Numbered from the stretch's first letter, positions 18,992 through 28,436 are shown. The stretch: 63,890 nucleotides of DNA from a virus (IMGVR_UViG_3300033182_000816:1-63890), one strand, 5' to 3'. Numbers and translations: made by a program. The notes: a model not told the origin generated them from the letters alone.

Positions 18992-19172
18992 AGTTTTTCC
19001 AACCGAGTTTGAGATATATGATGACGAAGCCGGACTTGTACTTGGCACGATCAAAGCATTCGATGATGTGTCGTTGGATGTTGAGATCAAACAGATCATG
19101 ACTTCAAAAGATATGGCGGAACTTGCTGTTGTGATGGAAAAGATTGAACAACTTCATAAGGACGGTGTATGA
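18981..19172 (+). CDS. Hypothetical protein
   Basis: Overlapping small ORF in operon. Confidence 0.5.
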   Translation: MTLKVFPTEFEIYDDEAGLVLGTIKAFDDVSLDVEIKQIMTSKDMAELAVVMEKIEQLHKDGV

Positions 19173-19191
19173 AGCGGCATGAGAGATAAAA

Positions 19192-19353
19192 ATGATTGTT
19201 TGTAGTTGTAGGCGAATAAGCGACCGTGATTACAAATGTGCAGACGATCTAAAAAAACGTTTGTTAGAACCAGACTTTGACTGTAAAAAATGCTTACAGT
19301 ATGTAAAGGCACTGGAATGCGATTGCAAAGATTGTAGTAAGGAGAAGAAATGA
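19192..19353 (+). CDS. Bfd-like [2Fe-2S] small protein (53 aa, not in ORF track)
   Basis: MIVCSCRRISD...CKKC (C-x-C / C-x2-C as in Bfd) plus an extra CDCKDC; TGA overlaps the next ATG. Confidence 0.55.
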   Translation: MIVCSCRRISDRDYKCADDLKKRLLEPDFDCKKCLQYVKALECDCKDCSKEKK

Positions 19354-20066
19354 AGGTAAAAATTGGAAATTATACCTCCTGGTACGGGCCATATCAGTTA
19401 GCGAAAACGCTGATGTTCTGGGTACCTGATGAAAAAGACGAGTACGGCTTTCCGCACACTGCGGAGCGTGTACACAAGTTTGGTGAATGGCTTGCTCACG
19501 GTAGCATTGAGCCAGAAGCAGAAGTGGGCGAGATTCGTTCTTGGGATCGCGAGCGTCATCACACACTGCTTTCTCGTTTCTTGTCGTGGATCCACAGCAA
19601 ACAAGAGCGTACCATTAAAGTACAGATTGATCGTTGGGATACCTGGAGCATGGATCATACTCTTGCCTACATCATCTTGCCTATGCTCAAACAACTAAAG
19701 GAAAACAAGCAAGGTGCTCCGTTTGTTGATCTAAAGGATGTGCCTAAAGAACTACAACCAAAGAAACAGACCAAAAAGCAAAAAGAAAATCACGAAACTG
19801 ATAGCACACACTTTGAACGCTGGGACTGGGTGTTAGACGAAATGATCTTTGCGTTTGAAAGCAAACTTGACGATTCGTGGGAAGAGCAGTTTGAATCAGG
19901 TGAAAGCGACATTCAGTGGAAGAAACTGGAAGATGGTTGTAGTGAAATGATTCGTGGACCTAATGATACTAAAGTGTATGATTGGGAAGGAAGGAAGAAA
20001 TATGAAGAACGCATCGCAAACGGCTTTGCTCTTTTTGGCAAGTATTATCAGTCTCTTTGGACTTAG
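19350..20066 (+). CDS. Conserved hypothetical phage protein
   Basis: SD AAGGAG; D.WDTWSMD.TLA..I.PML...W.W.LDEMIFAF...G..LFGKYY..LW. Confidence 0.65.
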   Translation: MKVKIGNYTSWYGPYQLAKTLMFWVPDEKDEYGFPHTAERVHKFGEWLAHGSIEPEAEVGEIRSWDRERHHTLLSRFLSWIHSKQERTIKVQIDRWDTWSMDHTLAYIILPMLKQLKENKQGAPFVDLKDVPKELQPKKQTKKQKENHETDSTHFERWDWVLDEMIFAFESKLDDSWEEQFESGESDIQWKKLEDGCSEMIRGPNDTKVYDWEGRKKYEERIANGFALFGKYYQSLWT

Positions 20067-20178
20067 TGGATGCTCAACTGCGGTAGCAGTAGCAGATGTA
20101 ACTGCGACTACTGCTATCTATGCTGGTAAAACAGTAGTAAACACCATTGACGCAGTTACACCAGATATAGTGAATTAA
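20002..20178 (+). CDS. Small lipoprotein
   Basis: Signal peptide with lipobox LSG/C. Confidence 0.6.
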   Translation: MKNASQTALLFLASIISLFGLSGCSTAVAVADVTATTAIYAGKTVVNTIDAVTPDIVN

Positions 20179-20191
20179 ATAGGAGTGAATA

Positions 20192-20383
20192 ATGGACCGA
20201 CCTGAATTTTTAAAGAATTTTGGATTACCTAACAAGCCTTTTCGTACATGGCTACAAAAGATATATTTTGAAAATCAAAAAGAGCGTGAAATCTTCAAAG
20301 ACGACTGCGTAACACTAAAAGAATATTTTAACCAAAATAAATGGTGGTTAAAAAATAAGTACAAACAAGAAATCAATTCTTGA
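20192..20383 (+). CDS. Hypothetical protein
   Basis: SD AGGAG, 63 aa. Confidence 0.55.
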   Translation: MDRPEFLKNFGLPNKPFRTWLQKIYFENQKEREIFKDDCVTLKEYFNQNKWWLKNKYKQEINS

Positions 20384-20408
20384 CATTGTTTTTTTCTGAT
20401 CGTATAAT
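20380..20408 (+). promoter_or_regulatory. sigma70-type early promoter
   Basis: Perfect TTGACA-N17-TATAAT. Confidence 0.8.
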
Positions 20409-20443
20409 ATATACATACTGTTAACACTACAGAGGATTAAGTA

Positions 20444-21715
20444 ATGGCTGTTGCTACACGCAAGAAAAAGAAAGTAATTCGTGCTCCAAAGGCGAAGAAA
20501 CAAACGTTCGATTGGACAGGGTGGGAAGAACTTTCAGGAGAACAATTTCATCGTAAGCGTCGTGAAGCGATCGATCATTACTATTCTGAGCACAAAACTT
20601 CGGATCTTATCGCCCATTTTTATGACTGGATGAAAAACAACGAATACACCAAAGAGGATATCCGTTGTGCAAAACTTGCCAGTACTGGTGGAATGACTAC
20701 AGCGGCTATTATGGCACGTTGTATTTCGGACGGTATGCCTGATTATAATGAAAAGCACAACGAGCACTGGAACAGTCTTGCAGGAACCTTTGGGGACGTT
20801 AAACCTGTCTCCGAAAGTCTACACAAATGGGCAAAAGAAGCAGTAAAGGTTGGATCTAAGGTAGTCGAAGAAAAAGAAGAAGAGGCAAAGCCTTCGGGTC
20901 CTGTAAAAACTATTCAACAACGTATGCAGGAAACTGCCGCTGGTATGTGCGAACCGATCGAAGATCACTTAAATGAATTGTTTAGTGATCCTAAATCTTT
21001 CGATATGAAGGGTGTTAAGATTATTAATCTTCTTCGCGAACGAGAAGCAAAGGCTGCTCACGCTCGTGTGATCAAAGGTTTTTATACAAAAGAACGAGAA
21101 GAGTTTGAGGAACTGCTCAACTATCCAACTAAAGCACAATTAGAAAAAATGGATGAGCAAGAACGAGATATGTGGGAACAACTTAAAGAAGGTTATTCAC
21201 ACCTTGATAAACCCGCAATTAAGAAATTTATCGCCTTTTACAGTGAAGTCGAAGAAGCCTGTGATATGTTGGCTGCTTCTCAGAAAGCAACACGCAAGCC
21301 ACGCAAGCCTAAAGAAGTCAAGAAAGATAAACTTGTCGCTAAACTGAAGTACAAGAAAGAAGATACTCCGCTGAAGCTCGTATCTGTTAATCCTATTGAC
21401 ATTATTGGAGCCGCAGAGCTTTGGGTGTATAATACAAAAACTCGCAAAATAGGCAAGTATGTTGCGTCTAACATTGATCCTACTGGGCAAAATCGTGCAG
21501 GAAGCGGTCTAAGCGTTAAGGGCACAACAATCCAAGGATACAACGAAACTGAAAGTATCCAAAAAACTCTGCGTAAACCTGCAGAACAACTTTCCGATTT
21601 TAAAGGCGCAGGTAAGGTTAAACTACGCAAGTTTTTAGATGAGATCAAAGCGGTAGATATTAAACTAAATGGCCGTATCAACGCTGATGTAATACTACTC
21701 AAAGTGTCAAATTAA
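20444..21715 (+). CDS. Conserved hypothetical phage protein (basic, early-expressed)
   Basis: 423 aa; LWVYNTKTRK, SVKGTTI, QKTLRKP, LNGRIN motifs; downstream of a consensus promoter. Confidence 0.7.
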   Translation: MAVATRKKKKVIRAPKAKKQTFDWTGWEELSGEQFHRKRREAIDHYYSEHKTSDLIAHFYDWMKNNEYTKEDIRCAKLASTGGMTTAAIMARCISDGMPDYNEKHNEHWNSLAGTFGDVKPVSESLHKWAKEAVKVGSKVVEEKEEEAKPSGPVKTIQQRMQETAAGMCEPIEDHLNELFSDPKSFDMKGVKIINLLREREAKAAHARVIKGFYTKEREEFEELLNYPTKAQLEKMDEQERDMWEQLKEGYSHLDKPAIKKFIAFYSEVEEACDMLAASQKATRKPRKPKEVKKDKLVAKLKYKKEDTPLKLVSVNPIDIIGAAELWVYNTKTRKIGKYVASNIDPTGQNRAGSGLSVKGTTIQGYNETESIQKTLRKPAEQLSDFKGAGKVKLRKFLDEIKAVDIKLNGRINADVILLKVSN

Positions 21716-21735
21716 TCAAAATGATAAATACTGTT

Positions 21736-22563
21736 ATGGAAAACAGTATCGACAAAGCCCTTGAGGCACTTTCAGAAGCATTGAAAACAGGCGGCGCAGG
21801 AGCCACTGCTCCTATCGCATTTAAGCAAGACATCTACGGTAAGGGGTTCTTGTGGGCAGGAAAGAAATATACAAAGCAGTTTGTGGTAGTTGACGGCCCT
21901 GACAGGATTTTTAGTTCTGAAACTATTGACCTTGCTAAGGATAAGAGTTTTGCTATTAACAATGCAACTGTTCTTTCAGCAACTGAATTAGGGCAGAGCG
22001 TTACGAAGAGTAATCTGCGCGAAGTAGGCAAGTTAAAAGGCCTTATTGTAGATGGTTCTGTTTCCATTAACCAGTATGTATTTTTTGATTCATACACAGA
22101 TAGATTAGGCTTAGGCACTGATGAACCAAACGGTGCATTAAGTATCGCAGAAGGCGGCATTGAAGTTGTTGTAGGAACAAAAGACTACAACAGTGGCATG
22201 ATTGGAACTTTCGCCAGCAACGATTTCCATATCGTAACTGATGATACGCAACGAATTACTATCACAGCAGGCGGTGATGTTGAAATTGGTGACAATTCTA
22301 AAGCACCAATTAAAACAACAATCCATGGTAAATTAAGTGTTGGTGTTGAAAATCCTGATCCTAATGTTGATCTTCACGTTAAAGGTTCTGTTAAGTTTAA
22401 CGGAAACACTCAAACTAAAGGCACAAGTGCTCCACAACATGGTAACTGGAGGCAAGGTGATATTTGTTGGAATGCTAAACCTGCTCAAAGAGGCTATATT
22501 GGTTGGGTATGTATTCAAGCAGGCGCTCCAGGTGTATGGTGTGCTTTCGGTGAAATCCACTAA
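21736..22563 (+). CDS. Putative virion fibre/tailspike-like protein
   Basis: RLGLGTDEP fibre-type repeats; C-terminal W.QGDI.WN..P...GYIGWVC..AG.PG.W..FG domain; late box 5 nt upstream. Confidence 0.55.
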   Translation: MENSIDKALEALSEALKTGGAGATAPIAFKQDIYGKGFLWAGKKYTKQFVVVDGPDRIFSSETIDLAKDKSFAINNATVLSATELGQSVTKSNLREVGKLKGLIVDGSVSINQYVFFDSYTDRLGLGTDEPNGALSIAEGGIEVVVGTKDYNSGMIGTFASNDFHIVTDDTQRITITAGGDVEIGDNSKAPIKTTIHGKLSVGVENPDPNVDLHVKGSVKFNGNTQTKGTSAPQHGNWRQGDICWNAKPAQRGYIGWVCIQAGAPGVWCAFGEIH

Positions 22564-22571
22564 GTAATTTT

Positions 22572-23171
22572 ATGTTAAATTCTTTAGTAGTCGGCAACGG
22601 CGAGAGTCGTGCAGGTATAGATCTCACTTCTTTTAAAAACGATTATACGTTAATTGGGTGTAATGCCATACATCGAGATATGCCAGTAGATCACCTGGTA
22701 TGTTGTGATCGAAGAATGGTAGAAGAAGCCGTTAAAAGCAAAAATACGTTAGATACATCCATTCATGTTCGTCCTGATTGGTACAGATATTTCCGTAAAA
22801 TACGAAAAGATAAACGGATACATCAAGTTCCAGATTTGCCCTACAACGGAACGTTAAAGCAAGATCAACCATTACATTGGGGGAGTGGCACTTATGCTGT
22901 TTTACTTGGCGCGATGCTTTCTGATGTCATTATACTAACTGGTTTTGATCTGTATTCAAATACAGGCAAAGTTAACAACATTTATAAAGATACAGAAAAT
23001 TATCTATCCTCTGATAAAAACTCAATTGATCCAAGTTATTGGATTTATCAAACATCTAAAATATTCGAAGCCTTTCCGTCAAGAGATTTTATAATCATAA
23101 ACGATAAAAATTGGCAAGTGCCTAAAGAATGGAAATTTAAAAACGTCACTTTTGAAGAAATTTCTAAGTAA
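22572..23171 (+). CDS. DUF115/MptE-like or sialyltransferase-like Rossmann protein
   Basis: VVGNGES, IGCNAI, DHLV..D, SG..A, ILTGFD. Confidence 0.55.
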   Translation: MLNSLVVGNGESRAGIDLTSFKNDYTLIGCNAIHRDMPVDHLVCCDRRMVEEAVKSKNTLDTSIHVRPDWYRYFRKIRKDKRIHQVPDLPYNGTLKQDQPLHWGSGTYAVLLGAMLSDVIILTGFDLYSNTGKVNNIYKDTENYLSSDKNSIDPSYWIYQTSKIFEAFPSRDFIIINDKNWQVPKEWKFKNVTFEEISK

Positions 23172-23175
23172 ATGG

Positions 23176-23204
23176 TTGACAACATAAATAAAATCAGTTA
23201 ACAT
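23176..23204 (+). promoter_or_regulatory. sigma70-type promoter with an embedded TAAATA late box
   Basis: TTGACA-N17-TAACAT; TAAATA at 23185-23190. Confidence 0.6.
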
Positions 23205-23220
23205 ATACACATATTAACAA

Positions 23221-23287
23221 AGTGGCCTTTATGCTCGTCCCACTATAAAACTCCGCGCATCAAACTTACTCATGACGTTAAAGGAGG
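23221..23287 (+). ncRNA. Candidate preQ1-I-like pseudoknot riboswitch in the queD leader
   Basis: Stem AGTGG/CCACT, 14-nt loop with ATGC pairing to downstream GCAT, A-rich tail ATAAAA, CTCC complementary to SD GGAG. Confidence 0.4.
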
Positions 23288-23293
23288 CAAGAG

Positions 23294-23890
23294 ATGTCTA
23301 TTAAAGTAAAAAGCACAAAAGTATTTAGAAATTTACCATGCGGTCACGCTCAGTTCTTTGATAAGGAACCGGACGGTAGCCCGGGCGAGTGTGCAAGTGT
23401 ACACGGATACGATCGTTCAGTAGAACTTACCTTTGCAGGCACACCAGACGAGATGGGCTGGATCGTAGCATTTGGTGATGCTACTAAACCTATTAAGAAG
23501 TTCTTAGAGTATTACTTTGACCATGTTACGGTACTACCTGCAAACGATCCACGCTTAGATCTTATTGATCGAATTCCATCACTTACTGAACCAGGTGGTG
23601 TATTAGGTACGCTTCGAGTATTACCAAGTGGTGTGTCAATGGAAATGAGTTCGCTGTTTATTTGGGAACACGTTAATCATTATGTCTATAAAATTACAAA
23701 TGGACGTTGCTATGTAGAAGGTGTACGAGTATACGAACATGAACGTAATGACGCAATGGTTGTCGTAGACGAAGCGGATGCTAAGATGTCTGCACAACGA
23801 AAGATAACAGCAGACGCAGCACTACTTCCAGAATGCCCGCGTTGGGATTGGGAATCACCAGCAGACGCTATTAAACGATTGGAAGATTAA
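23294..23890 (+). CDS. queD: 6-pyruvoyl-tetrahydropterin synthase / QueD family (T-fold)
   Basis: GHAQ, C...HGY, W..FG, FDH, SME, VYE motifs. Confidence 0.85.
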   Translation: MSIKVKSTKVFRNLPCGHAQFFDKEPDGSPGECASVHGYDRSVELTFAGTPDEMGWIVAFGDATKPIKKFLEYYFDHVTVLPANDPRLDLIDRIPSLTEPGGVLGTLRVLPSGVSMEMSSLFIWEHVNHYVYKITNGRCYVEGVRVYEHERNDAMVVVDEADAKMSAQRKITADAALLPECPRWDWESPADAIKRLED

Positions 23891-24669
23891 TGAGAGTAAT
23901 AGCAGGACCTTGTCAACACGAAGACTATCGTCACAGTTTAAAAATTGCAGAAGAATGTAAAAGAGTCTGCGACAAATACGGAGTTGAATATTATTTCAAA
24001 GCCAGTTATGATAAAGCAAACCGTACTAACGTTAACGGAATGCGAGGCGTTGGTCTTAGACAGACCATGGACGATTTTTATCTTATCAAAGACAAATTAA
24101 AATGTAATATTTTAACAGACGTTCATGATATACAACAAGTAGAATTAATTAAACATAATCATAATGATTGTGTAGATGTGTTGCAAGTTCCTGCATTCCT
24201 ATGCCGACAAACAGATTTAATCCAAGCAGTCTGTCAAACAGATAAAGTAGTAAACATTAAGAAAGGGCAGTTCCTTGCACCTTGGGATGTTGAAGGAATA
24301 CTAAGTAAAACCGAAGGAGCAAAAGAAGTATGGATTACAGAAAGGGGAACGAGCTTTGGTTACAATACTTTGGTTGTCGATTTTACCGGCCTTAATTATA
24401 TGCTTGATAATTTTAGTTGTCCTATTGTTTTGGACGCCACGCACAGCGTACAAAAGCCAGGTGGCAATGGAAGTAGCAGCGGCGGGAATAGGTCTTATGT
24501 TCCTGGTTTGGTTCGTGCAGCAAGTGCTTTGGGCGTTACAAACTTTTTCTTAGAAGTTCATGACGATCCAGATAACGCACCGAGCGATGGACCAAATATG
24601 GTTCGCTTAGAAGATTTTGAAAGTATCGTAAAAACTATGGTGGATATTAATGGAGTTGTCAAAGGCTGA
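23890..24669 (+). CDS. kdsA: KDO 8-phosphate synthase
   Basis: IAGPC, KASYDKANRT, QVPAFLCRQT, NIKKGQF, ERG, DATH, EVH..P..A.SDG. Confidence 0.95.
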   Translation: MRVIAGPCQHEDYRHSLKIAEECKRVCDKYGVEYYFKASYDKANRTNVNGMRGVGLRQTMDDFYLIKDKLKCNILTDVHDIQQVELIKHNHNDCVDVLQVPAFLCRQTDLIQAVCQTDKVVNIKKGQFLAPWDVEGILSKTEGAKEVWITERGTSFGYNTLVVDFTGLNYMLDNFSCPIVLDATHSVQKPGGNGSSSGGNRSYVPGLVRAASALGVTNFFLEVHDDPDNAPSDGPNMVRLEDFESIVKTMVDINGVVKG

Positions 24670-25456
24670 ACGCAAGGCTGCTAAAGCAGAAAACCGAGCA
24701 AAAAAAGAAAGAGAAAGGTTAGAAAGAGAATTTGAAAAAAACACTTCTTCTTCTCCTGTTATGGTTACAATACTCTGTGTTCGCTTTGGTAACAAGTATG
24801 GTCCGGAATATGTAGAACGTCTTCGAAATATGATTGAACGTCATATCACTATTCCGTACGAACTTGTTTGCTTAACTGACGATCCTACTCCCATTGCTGG
24901 TGTTAGAATTTTAACAAAAAGAAATCAAGGCTATGCCAAAGGCTGGTGGCACAAAGTTCATATGTTTGATCCTACTCTTCCTTTAGAAGGAAGAATACTT
25001 TATATGGACTTAGATGTTATTATATGCGGTAATATTGATAAGATAGCCACATATAAAAGAAATGATTTCTTAGGTCTTCGTGATTTCAATAGAGCATTTT
25101 TTCCTACGTGGAAACGATTAAACAGTTCTGTGTTGTCGTGGAATGCCGGAACACAAACACATATATGGACTGAGTTTAATAAATCCCCCATGGCTGCAAT
25201 GCAATTACACGGTGATCAGGATTGGATATGGAAAACATCTCAAAACATTCTTACATTTTTCCCAGACGAATGGATTCAAAGTTACAAATGGGAAATACGT
25301 GATAAGACCGAACTTGTTGTTTACAATGGCAAGAGGAAATTTAAAGAGGCGAGAGACGACATTGTAATTCCTAAAGATTGCTCAATTGTTGTTTTTCATG
25401 GAGAACCAAACCCAAGCGAAGTGAATGATTCGTTTGTAACGGAGAACTGGAAATGA
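24650..25456 (+). CDS. GT-A fold glycosyltransferase (GT8-like)
   Basis: G.KY..EYV, CLTDD, GWW.K, YMDLD (DxD), NSS, GDQ, VFHG.P.P. Confidence 0.8.
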   Translation: MELSKAERKAAKAENRAKKERERLEREFEKNTSSSPVMVTILCVRFGNKYGPEYVERLRNMIERHITIPYELVCLTDDPTPIAGVRILTKRNQGYAKGWWHKVHMFDPTLPLEGRILYMDLDVIICGNIDKIATYKRNDFLGLRDFNRAFFPTWKRLNSSVLSWNAGTQTHIWTEFNKSPMAAMQLHGDQDWIWKTSQNILTFFPDEWIQSYKWEIRDKTELVVYNGKRKFKEARDDIVIPKDCSIVVFHGEPNPSEVNDSFVTENWK

Positions 25457-26163
25457 GAGTAGGATTTACTTGTAGTTCTTTTGATTTGCTACACGCAGGC
25501 CACGTTGCTATGTTGCGTGAATCAAAAGAAAACTGTGATTATTTGGTATGTGGACTTAATATTAATCCTTTTAAAAACGGACGATATGCTGTACAAACTG
25601 TTGCAGAACGATATATGCAATTAGAAGCAGTAAAATATGTAGACCGTATCATTCCGTATAGTAGTGAAAATGAACTTATCGAAGTTCTAAATGTTGTTAA
25701 CCCTGATGTTCGCTTTATTGGGGAAGATTACAAAGGAAAGCCGTTTACAGGTGATGATTTAGGTATTGAGATTTTTTATAATACTCGCAAACACAACTAT
25801 TCAAGTAGTGGACTAAAAGAACAAGTTGTACAAAGTCAGCAAACTCCGCCACTTGTAGGTAAGACCGTAAAAGATAACGATGTTTATACTATTATTGATA
25901 ATACAGAATTAAATGCTCTTACCGTTAGTACAACAACACTACACCCCTCGCAAGAAACAAGCGGACATAGTCATCCAGGCATTGAAGAAGTTTACACATT
26001 CTTAAGTGGCACTGGCGTAATGCAGATTGATGGGGAAGAGTTTCCCGCAGAGAAAGGCAAAACATTTACTATTCCAGACGGCTCTTTCCATAAGGTTTAC
26101 AACAACAGTTCAGACGAAGACCTGTTATTCATATGTGTATTCAATAAACGAAGGAACCACTAA
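25453..26163 (+). CDS. Cytidylyltransferase (TagD/RfaE-like) fused to a cupin domain
   Basis: FDLLHAGH, G.DY, YSSS; C-terminal H.H...EE.Y....G.G...H cupin. Confidence 0.85.
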   Translation: MRVGFTCSSFDLLHAGHVAMLRESKENCDYLVCGLNINPFKNGRYAVQTVAERYMQLEAVKYVDRIIPYSSENELIEVLNVVNPDVRFIGEDYKGKPFTGDDLGIEIFYNTRKHNYSSSGLKEQVVQSQQTPPLVGKTVKDNDVYTIIDNTELNALTVSTTTLHPSQETSGHSHPGIEEVYTFLSGTGVMQIDGEEFPAEKGKTFTIPDGSFHKVYNNSSDEDLLFICVFNKRRNH

Positions 26164-26909
26164 TGAAAAAATTTATTTTTGACGTAGACGGCACATTAAC
26201 CCCAAGTCGAGGAGTAATTGATAGTAACTTTAAAACTTTCTTCAATAAGTTCTGTAATGATAATGATGTTTATCTTGTTACAGGCAGTGACAAAACAAAA
26301 ACTGTAGCACAAGTGGGATTAGATATTTACAATCTATGCAAACGTGTTTATCAATGCAACGGAAACGATGTATGGCATGGAAATAATCGTCAGTACACAA
26401 ATCAATGGTGGCTTAAAGGCAAACCACATGATTGGTTAGCAGAACAACTTACACAAAGCGACTTTCCTGTACGCACAGGCAACCACTTTGAACATCGTCC
26501 AGGTATGTGTAACTTCAGTGTTGTAGGTCGTAATGCTACACACGAACAGCGTCAACACTATGTTAAGTGGGATAAAGAACGAGACGAAAGAAAGAATATT
26601 GCTTCAATGTTTAATAGTTTCTTTCCGTTACTTGAAGCAAAGATTGGTGGCGAAACAGGCATTGACATTTCTTTAAGAGGTATGGACAAGAGTCAAATTT
26701 TACAAGACTTTGATAAACATAACGATGAAATATATTTCTTTGGTGATGCTATATTTGAAGGCGGCAACGACGAGCCTTTGGCTAACGCAATACTTGACTT
26801 AGAACACGGTTACTGCTATAATATACAAAATTGGTTGCAAACTTGGGACTTACTAAAAGATATTTCTAATGGAATTACCGTTTATAAAACAACGCTTTCA
26901 GAGGCATGA
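26163..26909 (+). CDS. HAD-family (eukaryotic-type) phosphomannomutase
   Basis: FDVDGTLT, VTGSD, E.R.GM.NFS..GRNA, GG..GIDI, DK, FFGD....GGND. Confidence 0.85.
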   Translation: MKKFIFDVDGTLTPSRGVIDSNFKTFFNKFCNDNDVYLVTGSDKTKTVAQVGLDIYNLCKRVYQCNGNDVWHGNNRQYTNQWWLKGKPHDWLAEQLTQSDFPVRTGNHFEHRPGMCNFSVVGRNATHEQRQHYVKWDKERDERKNIASMFNSFFPLLEAKIGGETGIDISLRGMDKSQILQDFDKHNDEIYFFGDAIFEGGNDEPLANAILDLEHGYCYNIQNWLQTWDLLKDISNGITVYKTTLSEA

Positions 26910-27369
26910 CGCAGTAAAAGATCACCTATTATTGTTGATAGAGCAGCACAATACCACTGTGACAGAATACGACACACATATTACTAACAGTGATTATTTT
27001 GATAAGGATAAGATGAATCATCCTTACAATCTATTAGCAAGTCCGTTATTATTAGAACACACAAGAAGCATTTTTAATACCGACGATGTTATTGTTAACG
27101 AGGTTTGGTTTCAACAGTATCTTACCAATGATACACACACCTGGCATATTCACAATTCTTGTCATTTTACAAATGTGTATTTTTTAGAACTACCAGATCC
27201 TGCATTTAAAACAGAAATACGAGAATTTGGTTCGGAAAATTTATTCTTGTATGAAGCAGAAGAAGGTGATATAATAACACTTCCAAGTTGTTTATTTCAT
27301 AGATCACCTGTTCTTAAATCAGATGAACGTAAAACAGTAATTGCATTTAACTCGAGTTTATTATCATGA
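26869..27369 (+). CDS. Putative 2OG-Fe(II) oxygenase
   Basis: WFQQY....H.WHIH, VYF, EGD....P....HRS, VIAFN. Confidence 0.75.
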   Translation: MELPFIKQRFQRHDAVKDHLLLLIEQHNTTVTEYDTHITNSDYFDKDKMNHPYNLLASPLLLEHTRSIFNTDDVIVNEVWFQQYLTNDTHTWHIHNSCHFTNVYFLELPDPAFKTEIREFGSENLFLYEAEEGDIITLPSCLFHRSPVLKSDERKTVIAFNSSLLS

Positions 27370-28436
27370 CACAGAAGCGTATCGGGTTTGCGTGTAAGTA
27401 TATGCACCCGGACCAAACACAAAAGAAAAAAGTATTAGAAGAATTACAACGTCCGTTAAACACAAAAGCAACTACTGTTGCATGGCTCAATAGACAAACT
27501 CGTGATGTCGCCGAACAACGCCTGTGGGATATCATGACACACAATATTCAGGCGTATTACAATTTGGTAAAATATGTAGGGGGGTTACCGCATGATTTAC
27601 GAATGGTCAGACTTGGTAGCGATGCTTTGCCTGTTTACACTCACGACTTATGGAGTTATTATTGGCGTAAAAGCGATGTCCGTGCTTACTGCGAACGTGA
27701 ATTCGCAAAAGTCGGTGAATTGGCTCGACAACTTGATGTTAGGCTCAGTATGCATCCTGGTCAGTTTACCGTCCTTGCTTCTGATAATGACGATATAGTA
27801 AATAGAAGTATAGAGGAGTTTGAATATCATGTGGACATCATTCGGTGGATGGGGTATGGACAGACATGGCAAGATTTCAAGTGTAACGTCCACATATCGG
27901 GTCGAAGAGGTCCACAAGGCATCATCGACGTCCTCCCAAGGCTATCGCCCGAAGCACGAAATACGATCACAATCGAAAACGACGAAATGTCGTGGGGCAT
28001 CGACGCAAGCCTCAAACTTGTCGACCATGTTGCACTCGTTCTCGATATACACCATGCGTGGGTCGCTACAGGTGAATACATACAGCCCACCGATCGTAGA
28101 TTTGCTCGCATAATTGATTCTTGGCGTGGTGTCCGTCCTGTGATACACTATTCTGTATCGCGTGAGGAATTACTAAAAGAAACTTGGCCTGATGATGTTA
28201 AGCCAGATATGGAATGGTTGCTAATGAATGGCTACAAGAAACAAAAACTCAGAGCTCATTCGGACTATATGTGGAATACAGCCGTTAACGAATGGGCAAT
28301 GAGTTTTTGGGACTATGCTGACATTATGGTAGAGGCCAAGGCAAAGAACCTTGCAAGTCAGGCGTTATTTGAATCATCATCTGATTTAGTATTTTCTACA
28401 CCTTTACCATCTCCAATCGAAATAATGCCGGTGTGA
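27366..28436 (+). CDS. uvsE: UV-damage endonuclease (UvdE/UvsE)
   Basis: RIGFAC, RL.S, RLSMHPGQFTVL.S, NVH, IENDE, VLDIHH, HYS, RAHSD, DIMVEAK.K. Confidence 0.93.
   Translation: MTQKRIGFACKYMHPDQTQKKKVLEELQRPLNTKATTVAWLNRQTRDVAEQRLWDIMTHNIQAYYNLVKYVGGLPHDLRMVRLGSDALPVYTHDLWSYYWRKSDVRAYCEREFAKVGELARQLDVRLSMHPGQFTVLASDNDDIVNRSIEEFEYHVDIIRWMGYGQTWQDFKCNVHISGRRGPQGIIDVLPRLSPEARNTITIENDEMSWGIDASLKLVDHVALVLDIHHAWVATGEYIQPTDRRFARIIDSWRGVRPVIHYSVSREELLKETWPDDVKPDMEWLLMNGYKKQKLRAHSDYMWNTAVNEWAMSFWDYADIMVEAKAKNLASQALFESSSDLVFSTPLPSPIEIMPV

Noticed and set aside
23294-23890. Complete 7-deazaguanine DNA-modification system
   Set aside because: Only queD is present; folE, queC, queE and dpdA are not in this window, so it cannot be claimed.
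1-28436. Bacterial chromosome or prophage-flank origin for the metabolic genes
   Set aside because: Phage-type late boxes, thyX/phoH/clamp loader and small orphan ORFs are interspersed throughout; no integrase or host housekeeping synteny.
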